Below, in pieces: positions 10,601 to 18,180 of a stretch of DNA of 64,000 bases; position 1 is the stretch's first letter; each line of letters starts with the position of its first letter. The position numbers and the translations under genes were made by a program. The notes below the pieces were generated by a model that saw only the letters and a list, made by a program, of their open reading frames with translations, had not been told where the DNA came from and did not search any database. Origin of the DNA: a virus; IMG/VR virus record IMGVR_UViG_3300036832_000974, positions 24,796 through 88,795 of that record. One strand, 5' to 3'.

Positions 10601-13508
10601 TTCGCGTGTCAAAGGTCGATGCCATCAATGACGATGATGCACCGCCACCACTGCCCCTGAGCTCGTACGGGAAGATCGGAAACACACCGCTGCATATCGC
10701 TGGCGTGTCGAGCGTGATCGTCCCCGGCGAGCCCACCGCCCCGGCAGTTACGGAAGCGATCCGGGTCCCGTCAGCGATCGGCCATCGCGCGTCGTCGCCC
10801 GCATTGTAGCGCGGCGAGAAGAACGGGTCGCCCGCCGCGTAGTAGGTGGCAAGCTCGCCGCCGTTGCCGTCGCCAAGATTGACGTTAGTGACGCTGGTGC
10901 TGCCCTTCTCGAAGGTGCCGAAGAACAGCTTGAGCGGGATCACCGCGCCGGTCTTGACGAGGACAGTGTATCCCGACAGCGCGAGATCGGTGTTCGCGTT
11001 GGAAAGGAAGTTGTAGGCGTCAGAGCCGTAGCCACCCACCGTCCTGATGTTGTTCTGCTGCTGGGTCGTGATGACATAGTGATTGTCTGCACCGGTCGGG
11101 CCAGCCACAGCGGTGACGACAAAGCTCGTGCCGGTATTGATATGGTAGAGAATGTCGCCGACATCGATCCGGTACATCGCACCGACCGAAGTCTGATAGG
11201 CGCCGAAATAGCCGAACGTCATCACGTCACCAGCGTAGGATGGAGCTACTGGCGTCGCGCCGCTGTCAGTCATCGCGATGAGCGCTTCCGACGGCACCGT
11301 GATCTGCCACTCGCGACCCTGGCTGTCGACGTAACGCTTGACATATTGGGACATCGGCGTCCGAAAACCGGTCGCAATAGAAACTTCGTCCTTGTTGAAG
11401 AACTGAACGCTTCCGCCATCCGCGGGATAATAGCTTGATCGCATCGCCTCACTGGCGTGGGAGACGTCATTAAAGTTGGCATAGTTGCCAATGGTGCTGT
11501 TGAAGCGGCCACCGCCCAACAGCATGCCACCGCAGTAGTTGATGGCCTGCCTCAAGGCTGGCGTTGAAAAATTCTGCGTCGCCCCGTACTGCAAGCCACC
11601 GCGGAACGACAGCGCCGCGCCTTGGGCAGCGAGAGTTGAGATGCGGGAATGGCCAACCCAAGTCGTGCCGATGAAAGTGATCGAAGTGTAGGAAGTGGAC
11701 GTGAGGATCGATGGTGGTATGAAATTCTGCACGCCATCCTGAAGATCGATCAGCCCACCGGTGAAGACGACGCTGCTACCTACCGGTGAGCCAGCCATTA
11801 ACGTGCCAAGACGGACCGTCGACTCGCAGTAGAGCTGGTTGATCACCAGCGGACCGGAAGACATTCCGATATCGAAAATCTGATAGGAAGCGCCGCCCGA
11901 GCAGTTGTCGATCGGCCCACCAAGGATACCGTTCGCGACACCGAAATGGGTGTTAGTTAGGAAGGTGTGACTCACATTGAAATTGTTGTTGCGTAGCTCG
12001 ACGTTGCGCGACTGCGTGTGGCACACCGCGATGTGATAGACGTTCCCCCACAGATTGTTGTTGCGGATGCGGGTGAAGTCGGCGTTGCCGTCGGCGTTGG
12101 GCTTGACGCAGATGCCGACGCCGAAGCCCTCGATGCTGCATTCTTCGATCGTCACGTCAGACGACGCCCCGTCACCATACTGCGTGGTTCGTCCCGTCCA
12201 TGCAGGGTAGATGCGGTCAGGGTAGTGGTCGGTCGGCTGAGACCCGCAGTAGGCGTCGATGGTCACGCCAGCGTAGGGCGAGTGCTGCTGCAGTCCGCCG
12301 GGATTTGATCCCGACGGCGTCAATCCCGGCGCCAGCCAATCGTCGCGATTCGGCGAGAGCGGATACGGGACGAGACCTGTTTGGGTCTGAGTAGCCCACA
12401 GGAAATTTCTGCCCTTGATGCGGAAGCCGCGAAGCAGCCCCATCCGCATGCCCATGAAATTGATGCAGGGCCGATCGGTCTTCGACGGGATCAGCAGGGT
12501 GCCACCGCCAACGTAGCTGCCACGTAAATTGGCAGCAACCAGTTGCAGTGAAGTGAGACCATTCCAGCCGAGATGGATAGTCTCATCGAGCCTGAACGGC
12601 CCATCTGGCACTCTCACCACGTTGTGGTAATTCTGCAGCGCGAAGTCGACGGCAGCCTGCAGCATCGGCGCATTATCGGTGCCGGTCACTGTATCGCGCC
12701 AGCACAAGAACTTCAGGTTAGTGCCAGCCGGAACGGCGCGCGAGACCGTGATGCTGGTGTTGGTGACAACGCTGACAACGGTGGCGTCGGTCGCCATCGC
12801 GTTGGCACCCATGCTCGCCCAGTTGAAGTTGCCGATGTGCATGCCGGACACCACACCGGTGGTGTCCGAAGTGGTTATCACCGTGGTGCCGTTAGCCGTC
12901 GCCGTGATGATGCCAACACCCCAGTCCATCGTCTGGGCGCCGTCCGGCACCATGCCGAACTCACCGGCGTTGACCGGACTGGTCGAGTACATCGGCGCGA
13001 ACAGCTGCCCGCCGACCGTGACCTCGCCGTACAGCCCGAGCGTCGATGCCACCGGCTTGAAGCTTAGTGGCACTGCCTCTTGGTATGCCGGCGGCGGCCA
13101 CGTCCCCATCATGTTGCGGATGCGGACCTCGGTGACATTGGCCGGAATGGTGCCTGACGCCAGAAAGTCGGCCTTGGTGTTGAACGCCATCACCGACGAC
13201 GACAGGCTGGTGAGATCCTCGGCGAGCAGCACGAACGCCACCCGCGCGGCACCTGAGAGCACGATCGCTGCGTTGCTGTTGCTGGACCCGATCGGGCCCC
13301 GCGTCATCACCGTGCCACCGCTGCCAATGATGCCGCGCCCGTACTCGTAGTTCGATCCGTCGATGATGGAATAGGAAACCTCGGTGCCGTCAGCGACGCC
13401 AGCTTGCGACGGCGTCCGCTTGCCGGTGAGCGGCAGCCCAACGGTGAGCGAACCGGTGCCCGTCGTTGGCGTACTGAACTGAACCAGATCGACGAATGCG
13501 GACATCAT
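7644..13508 (-). CDS. Giant tailspike/depolymerase, two tandem pectin-lyase-like beta-helices
   Basis: 1954 aa. Two helix-entry motifs (TDNAPMLQAAVD...VRVPDG and ADQSTDDSATLNAAL...LLLPP), tailspike SGYRTVGDGGGANY motif, N-terminal anchor domain. Confidence 0.8.
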   Translation of the reverse strand: MMSAFVDLVQFSTPTTGTGSLTVGLPLTGKRTPSQAGVADGTEVSYSIIDGSNYEYGRGIIGSGGTVMTRGPIGSSNSNAAIVLSGAARVAFVLLAEDLTSLSSSVMAFNTKADFLASGTIPANVTEVRIRNMMGTWPPPAYQEAVPLSFKPVASTLGLYGEVTVGGQLFAPMYSTSPVNAGEFGMVPDGAQTMDWGVGIITATANGTTVITTSDTTGVVSGMHIGNFNWASMGANAMATDATVVSVVTNTSITVSRAVPAGTNLKFLCWRDTVTGTDNAPMLQAAVDFALQNYHNVVRVPDGPFRLDETIHLGWNGLTSLQLVAANLRGSYVGGGTLLIPSKTDRPCINFMGMRMGLLRGFRIKGRNFLWATQTQTGLVPYPLSPNRDDWLAPGLTPSGSNPGGLQQHSPYAGVTIDAYCGSQPTDHYPDRIYPAWTGRTTQYGDGASSDVTIEECSIEGFGVGICVKPNADGNADFTRIRNNNLWGNVYHIAVCHTQSRNVELRNNNFNVSHTFLTNTHFGVANGILGGPIDNCSGGASYQIFDIGMSSGPLVINQLYCESTVRLGTLMAGSPVGSSVVFTGGLIDLQDGVQNFIPPSILTSTSYTSITFIGTTWVGHSRISTLAAQGAALSFRGGLQYGATQNFSTPALRQAINYCGGMLLGGGRFNSTIGNYANFNDVSHASEAMRSSYYPADGGSVQFFNKDEVSIATGFRTPMSQYVKRYVDSQGREWQITVPSEALIAMTDSGATPVAPSYAGDVMTFGYFGAYQTSVGAMYRIDVGDILYHINTGTSFVVTAVAGPTGADNHYVITTQQQNNIRTVGGYGSDAYNFLSNANTDLALSGYTVLVKTGAVIPLKLFFGTFEKGSTSVTNVNLGDGNGGELATYYAAGDPFFSPRYNAGDDARWPIADGTRIASVTAGAVGSPGTITLDTPAICSGVFPIFPYELRGSGGGASSSLMASTFDTRTVAMAANIAPSLNAIHTSGYRTVGDGGGANYKRVSSINPSKAPYSFTSADGAHWEYIPEAIGWNAKVAGVYADQSTDDSATLNAALLPFQDPGTILNGGSLTATLLLPPSVMMLKHPVILCGNNGISIKILGQSQSASGGTVSSCFAWQGSGYPSMFIIYGANQIIIEAVNFVSIGMDYTTFSDLVNTVHITADNTMNNFGAIHLAAAVTAGTNRTFTCDMMINDHPWTSPGVQPGASVGVGLGTAAFEIVYVKAIVSQYAFVADCVNDHAVGEKVGGGTPCNNITFNRCVFATGVLAHNSTAVLCGNQIQQTVQAAQIIFDSCEVLGGIKNATVTIAAGNPLVVTDTAHGLTMGRAVKIDDANSGLTYYAIPIDADHYHLALPVYNFQFPTITDAFATLMPNASPGVVHWPGHGLAANTPVVFQTDGSLPSTIVGGPLYSTDITHGNNYYVSATGLATDTFQVSATPGGASINFTGTQYGNHKVFAGKVPLVGTTRSGTTVRSIKGHSGFRTIVGGNIKNFFIFNTVFGHLDYGFDGDPVSGSCELFFPSFAGDTLSDIRANGASNIHITSAETESCGMFLTAVGGAGQINATLVQNSYQCTMPADGVVIQWPGNLTMINNVFMNGARDACFLENPAVGMSPKIVCTDISSLNSHPVIPITASISTTGGVSTLNVTAVAAGFPGFGPTWQIRFYRSPGSGNSMETAQISNYGTGSGGVGTYTLDRDMGTVSSKGMTVVQILGAQEPGGVTSIGNSFANTGGTQGVPVYYDGSMNPYDPNDEFPTSTFPHSKWAVQQINDYGDTGKIPTSFGALQTLSTGLGQNVQGSGLIAHSQGILTDGVTSITIPFTSINSAGVTTVDISLGAIPMRSKITGIVADVARVFTGAGTCTMQVGTTSGGTDLLKAFDCTTVVRGGTKGNVKGIADADYGVNLAKATMPTADGFCPGWDGPTGTMQMSVRFIGATALTGLTDGSVTIYISTRRYH

Positions 13509-15466
13509 CCCTCCAGCGCGGCCGACACCGCGTCAATCACCGCTGGCCAGTCGCGGAAACGCGGCTGCCGGAAGATCTTCATTCGCGGATACCAGATCGT
13601 GGTTTCGCCGCTGAGCCCCCACCGGAAGTCAGGATCGTAGGAAAGCAACAGCCACGTCGGCACGCCGAGCGCTCCGGCAAGATGCGCAATCACGGTGTCG
13701 ACGGTGATGACGAGATCAAGCGCCTTGATCGCCGCCGCGGTGGTGGCGAAGCTTTCAAACTGCCCGGTGTTCTCCAGCGAGAAAAACGGCCCGTGCTTCT
13801 TGACCAGTGGCGCCAGCAGCTTCTGCGGAATGTCGCGGGTGTAGGGCCGCTCGCTGGTGGCGCTGCCGACGCCGCACAGCCCGATCCTCGCCTCGTTCAT
13901 CGGGTGGCGACCGAACGCAAACGAATGGTTGCCCTGGCCGCGCCAGTTGTCGACCAGCATCGGATCGACCTTGAGATAGGGCGCATCAATCCGAATGAGA
14001 TCCTCGTCGGCATCAAGCACGCTCGGCACCGACGGCAACGGCAGGTGGAAACCATAGCGCGGCAGCGATCGCCGCAGCCGGTGGATTGCGTACTGCGGCA
14101 GGCCGAGCAGACCGCGCGAATCCTCGAACAGCTCGTAAAGCTCGGGCTGCACCTCAAGAACAGCGTTCGGCGCACGCTGCAACACGTAGCGCATGAACCG
14201 CGCAAACATGATGGTATCGCCATAGCCCTGTTCCGACCAGATCAGCACCGGCGCTTGCGTCGGCGTGCCGTCCCACGGCGGGCAATCGTGCACGCGGTTT
14301 GCCCCGATCAGATGCGGATGCGGCTGGCCACTGCGCAGCTCGTAGCCCTTCCAGCCCTGCCGCCAGCGACCAGCTTGCAGATCGTGCAACGCTCGCACGT
14401 GCAGGGTCGGCTTGTGCTCTGGATTGATCCGCAGATTGGTCTCGATCAGCGCCGCCGCCTTGTCGGTGCGCTGCATCAGCTGCTCGTAATGCGCCACCAG
14501 CAGCCGCGACATCAGGTCGTTCGGATCGCGCTCGATCACCCGGCTGAACCGGGCGATTTCGCGGTCGAACATCTGATCGTCCTGGCGGATGTCCGCGACC
14601 TCATCGAGATTGTTGACGCTCCACGGCTTGCCGTCACTAGCGCCCTCCTCGGGAACGCACAGCATCATGATCGACATCAGCACGCCGAAGATGTTGCGCT
14701 TCTCGCCGCGGAAGTTGCCGGGATTGAAGTGATACGGCCGGTGCCAATACATGCGATAGCCGTACTCGACCAGCTGCGCGATCAGCGCTTCGGACAGGTC
14801 CGGATCCTCGTTCTCGATGTAGATGATCGGCCGGCAGCGCTTGATGGTCTGCTCGGCGCCGCGCAGCACCTGCAGCTCATGGCGATCGACATCGATCTTG
14901 ATGAACTGCAGCCGCTGCAGGCCGAGGCTGTCGATCGTCATGCAGTTGATTTCAAAATCGCCAGTGTTGATCTCAGGGCGGCAGTAGGCGTGCAACGCGT
15001 CCTGCTTTGACACCTTGATGGTGCCGGTATGGTCGCTCGCCGCACACGGGATCACCCGCGCCTGCCGCAGATTGTTGTTGGCGAGGTTCGACATCAGCAG
15101 CGGCACGTTGGTCGGCGACGCCTCGAATGCAATCACTTGCCCGGTCCATCCGACCAGCTTCGCCATCGGCACCGTGAATGCGCCGATGTTGGCGCCGACG
15201 TCGATGGCAACATGGCCGGGCCGCAAGCACTTCTTGAAGACGACGACCTCGCCCTCAGAGTATTCGCCATAGGTCGCCAGCGAGAGCCCGACCAGCTCGT
15301 CCTCGTCATAGATCGAGAAGGTGCCGTGGCGGGCCTCGATCTTGCGCGGGGAGAAGAACGTGGTCGGCAGTGGCTCGGGCTTCTGTCCCGGCCCTGGCAA
15401 CACCCCCATGGTGGGGATATCGAACACCGCGCCGCCGTTGACATACTCGACCTGTGGTTCCGACAT
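13505..15466 (-). CDS. FkbM-family methyltransferase fused to TPR and GT-B (GT9-like) glycosyltransferase
   Basis: IDVGANIG, FEAS, FIKIDVD...LRGA...RPIIYIE (FkbM). LIWSEQGYGDTIMFARF and LDLVITVDTVIAHLAGALGVPTW...DFRW...WYP (TPR-GT9-like). Confidence 0.9.
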   Translation of the reverse strand: MSEPQVEYVNGGAVFDIPTMGVLPGPGQKPEPLPTTFFSPRKIEARHGTFSIYDEDELVGLSLATYGEYSEGEVVVFKKCLRPGHVAIDVGANIGAFTVPMAKLVGWTGQVIAFEASPTNVPLLMSNLANNNLRQARVIPCAASDHTGTIKVSKQDALHAYCRPEINTGDFEINCMTIDSLGLQRLQFIKIDVDRHELQVLRGAEQTIKRCRPIIYIENEDPDLSEALIAQLVEYGYRMYWHRPYHFNPGNFRGEKRNIFGVLMSIMMLCVPEEGASDGKPWSVNNLDEVADIRQDDQMFDREIARFSRVIERDPNDLMSRLLVAHYEQLMQRTDKAAALIETNLRINPEHKPTLHVRALHDLQAGRWRQGWKGYELRSGQPHPHLIGANRVHDCPPWDGTPTQAPVLIWSEQGYGDTIMFARFMRYVLQRAPNAVLEVQPELYELFEDSRGLLGLPQYAIHRLRRSLPRYGFHLPLPSVPSVLDADEDLIRIDAPYLKVDPMLVDNWRGQGNHSFAFGRHPMNEARIGLCGVGSATSERPYTRDIPQKLLAPLVKKHGPFFSLENTGQFESFATTAAAIKALDLVITVDTVIAHLAGALGVPTWLLLSYDPDFRWGLSGETTIWYPRMKIFRQPRFRDWPAVIDAVSAALEG

Positions 15467-15487
15467 ATGACCTTGTCCCTGACGCAC

Positions 15488-15511
15488 AAAAAAACCGGCT
15501 CAAAGGCCGGT
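15488..15511 (-). terminator. Intrinsic terminator
   Basis: Minus strand reads ACCGGCC-TTTG-AGCCGG-TTTTTTT, just downstream of 15541..15915. Confidence 0.75.
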
Positions 15512-15540
15512 CGAATGTCACAGATTGAGTTTGAGCTAAG

Positions 15541-15915
15541 TCATTGAGACGGTATGCGTATGTCAAAAGGCGTGAGCGTGAAGGTGTTCCCGGCGGTGAC
15601 CACTTGGGTTGCGCTCAACGTCCCGTGCGCGTGCAGGGTGCCTGCGGCATAGACCGCCCACCATGACGCCGTGCCGGACGTGGTAATGGTGCCGTCGCTG
15701 ACCGCCGTCGCCGTCACCCGGCGCCCGTTGGGCGTTCCAGCCGATGGCGCGCCGAACACCGCGCCAGCGCCCCAGCTCTTGAAGCCAAGCAGGCCGGTGG
15801 TTGCCGCGATCGCGATCGTGGTCGGCTCAGCCGAACAGACCGACAAGAATGCGCTTTCGGTGTCGAGGACATTGAGACCGAAGTCGAGGACACGATCTTC
15901 AAGCGAAGCAGCCAT
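15541..15915 (-). CDS. Small virion fibre/structural subunit (124 aa)
   Basis: AAGGAG RBS. Beta-rich, with LSVCSAEPTT...GTASWWAV...VTAGNTFTL pattern seen in small phage fibre subunits. Confidence 0.65.
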   Translation of the reverse strand: MAASLEDRVLDFGLNVLDTESAFLSVCSAEPTTIAIAATTGLLGFKSWGAGAVFGAPSAGTPNGRRVTATAVSDGTITTSGTASWWAVYAAGTLHAHGTLSATQVVTAGNTFTLTPFDIRIPSQ

Positions 15916-15936
15916 GGTGTTTGCTCTCCTTGTGGA

Positions 15937-16104
15937 TTACGCGCGGCCAGCCAGCTCTTGCTCGGCCGCTTTGACCGAGGTGCCGACCTTGTTGACTACA
16001 GCCCTCAGCTCGTCCGGCGTGATGCCGAACTTGTCAGCCCAGTAGCGCAGATCATGCGGCTGATTAATGTTGATGTGCGCGCGCTTCGATAGATCATCAG
16101 GCAT
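15937..16104 (-). CDS. DUF3606-like small protein (55 aa; below ORF-track cutoff)
   Basis: MPDDLSKRAHININQPHDLRYWADKFGITPDELRAVVNKVGTSVKAAEQELAGRA, with AGGAG RBS. Confidence 0.8.
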   Translation of the reverse strand: MPDDLSKRAHININQPHDLRYWADKFGITPDELRAVVNKVGTSVKAAEQELAGRA

Positions 16105-16116
16105 GGGCTGCTGCTC

Positions 16117-17358
16117 CTATGGAACGTTGCCGAATACAGGTGGCGTCGGCGGCAGCGGCACGCCGCCAGGAAATTCTTTCTGCAGAAACTTCTCGTTCAT
16201 GGTGTAGGGCGGGGAGACGCCGTCCATGCCGGTGAGCTGCACGGCCTGCACGTCGAGCCACGTGATGTAGCCCTGGCGCGAATAGATGTGCTCGGCGACC
16301 TTGCACCAGTACACACCGTCGACCCCGGGCCGAGCACCGACGATCTGCACCGCGCAATTGCCCTGCGCGGTCGGCTCGCCGTTGATGACGATACGGCCGG
16401 TCCCTTGCTCTTGCCCCAAGCTTTCGTCGACGCCTTCGTTGTCGCCGCCAGCCTGCTGCTTGTTGGGCGCCGGGACTGGCAACCTGAACTTGGACGTACC
16501 GAGGTTGAACGGCGCGTTCTGGGTGACCTGCTGGGCCACCTCGTTCCACTTGCCAGCACCGACGTCGAAGAAATGCTGCGATGCTTCCTTCCACATCGAC
16601 GCCGCCGACAACGGCCTCAATCGCCAGCCGATCAGGTTCTTGCCCCACACCGCCTCGACCGACGGCGTAAAGGTGCCGTCGACGTTCTGGAAGTTTTGGG
16701 TGAACTCGCCGTTGGTGCCGCCCTTGACCCGAAACAACGCGCCCATCTCCTTCGCCAAGCGAGTGGCGAAGTGGTAATACGGCTCACCGGCTTGCTGCCA
16801 GTAATCGCGCTGCAGGTTCTTCCCATCAAAAAAAGAATGCACTTCGATGGTGTGGCCAGCTTTCTGTGCGGCCTCCTTGAGCACCTTCGAAACCGGAAGC
16901 GTTTCGCCCTGCTCGCCCTCTTTGGCACCTTCGCCCCAGCTTCTGTTCTTCTGCTCCTTGCCGCCGCGGAATTGCTCGGCGCCCCTGCCGTGGATCCACA
17001 TGCGGCGGCCACCCTGCTTGCGGCCAAAGCCGTGCTCGACGTCATGCACGACACCGTCCCACACCAGCATGTTTGTGCTGCTCTCACCGACCCAGCCGAA
17101 GAAAATCTTGAGGCTGGAGTCGAGCGGCGGAATCGGCAGGCGGCCATCGCGATCGTCCAGCTCGATCTCGGCTTGGTAATCAGCAACGTTCATGCCGGTC
17201 ATGGCCCGCACCTGAATCAAATGCGGGTCGAGCTTGTGGGTAACGTTGAGGCCGTTGACGACGATGGCGCAATACGCGCGCAAGCGGTTGCTCTGAACCT
17301 GATCGCCAATGAAGGGATCGTAAAGCTGGCCGAAAGCAGGGTCGCTCAGCGTTGGCAT
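16117..17358 (-). CDS. Baseplate hub / late control protein D (P2 gpD-like)
   Basis: AEIELDDRDGRL, YWQQAGE...FATRLAKEMGALFRVKG, GARPGVDGVY motifs. Follows U and X. Confidence 0.85.
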   Translation of the reverse strand: MPTLSDPAFGQLYDPFIGDQVQSNRLRAYCAIVVNGLNVTHKLDPHLIQVRAMTGMNVADYQAEIELDDRDGRLPIPPLDSSLKIFFGWVGESSTNMLVWDGVVHDVEHGFGRKQGGRRMWIHGRGAEQFRGGKEQKNRSWGEGAKEGEQGETLPVSKVLKEAAQKAGHTIEVHSFFDGKNLQRDYWQQAGEPYYHFATRLAKEMGALFRVKGGTNGEFTQNFQNVDGTFTPSVEAVWGKNLIGWRLRPLSAASMWKEASQHFFDVGAGKWNEVAQQVTQNAPFNLGTSKFRLPVPAPNKQQAGGDNEGVDESLGQEQGTGRIVINGEPTAQGNCAVQIVGARPGVDGVYWCKVAEHIYSRQGYITWLDVQAVQLTGMDGVSPPYTMNEKFLQKEFPGGVPLPPTPPVFGNVP

Positions 17359-17365
17359 GATGACC

Positions 17366-17638
17366 TCATAGACGATATCCAAACTTGTCGGTCCACAGCG
17401 TGTCCTGCGCCATCGGTATTGGCTTTCCGGCAATCAAGGTTGGGTCGATGGGAACGCGAAGGTAGGTACCGACAGGAATGAACGGCGTCACCCGGTGGGC
17501 GAACGCCAGCTGCGGATTGAGGTCGAGCATCTGCTCGACAATGCCCGGCGCTTTGTTTCTGTACCGTTTCCACGCAATAAGATCGGCGGTGACGTATTCG
17601 CTTTCGACCTTCCATAGCTCGAAGCTGGTGATCGCCAT
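17366..17638 (-). CDS. Tail protein X (P2 gpX, LysM-like)
   Basis: DLIAWKRY...VEQMLDLNPQL...IPVGTYLRVP. Confidence 0.88.
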   Translation of the reverse strand: MAITSFELWKVESEYVTADLIAWKRYRNKAPGIVEQMLDLNPQLAFAHRVTPFIPVGTYLRVPIDPTLIAGKPIPMAQDTLWTDKFGYRL

Positions 17639-18180
17639 CAGCTGCCAGCTCCCGTGGTGCGCCAGATCTGGTTGAGATAGCCGTCAGCCTCTGGCACCGG
17701 CACCCGCGCCATCGTCGCCTCGAACGCGATCTGCTGACCAACACCTTCGGACGACAGGAATGTATGGGCGCGCACCAACCGCTCGCAGATGAACCAACCG
17801 AGAATCTCGCCGTTGCCGCGGACCAGCTGGTGAGCAACACCAGCGCGGCGCATGGCGTTGAAGTGCTCCAGCTCGTTCATGCCGCCGATGCGATATGGGA
17901 AAATCTTGCCACGTAGAAAAATCTGCTCGTCGTTCTCGCCAACCCACTCACGATAGATCGCCGCGCCAGCGATTTCCTTGTGAGCCCAATCCGATGCGGT
18001 CTCGTGGTCCAGCTCATGGATGTTGAGGGGAAAGACCTGAATCTGGACCGTTCCCCACTGGTACAACGTCGAGATATCGCCGCCCTCGCTGGTCGTGGTC
18101 GGCGCATACCAGCCGCTGCCATCCGGCTTGGTCGATTGGTAGTTCGGCTTGGTGGTGGTAGGGGTTGTCGTGAGCGCCAT
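17638..18180 (-). CDS. Tail protein U (P2 gpU-like tube initiator)
   Basis: WVGENDEQIFLRGKIFP...LVRGNGEILGWF...GVGQQIAF. Follows the tape measure. Confidence 0.88.
   Translation of the reverse strand: MALTTTPTTTKPNYQSTKPDGSGWYAPTTTSEGGDISTLYQWGTVQIQVFPLNIHELDHETASDWAHKEIAGAAIYREWVGENDEQIFLRGKIFPYRIGGMNELEHFNAMRRAGVAHQLVRGNGEILGWFICERLVRAHTFLSSEGVGQQIAFEATMARVPVPEADGYLNQIWRTTGAGS

Noticed and set aside
6283-13508. DGR or invertase-based fibre switching
   Set aside because: No reverse transcriptase or recombinase, and no near-identical adenine-variant or inverted repeats seen. The paralogous N-termini are diverged at DNA level.
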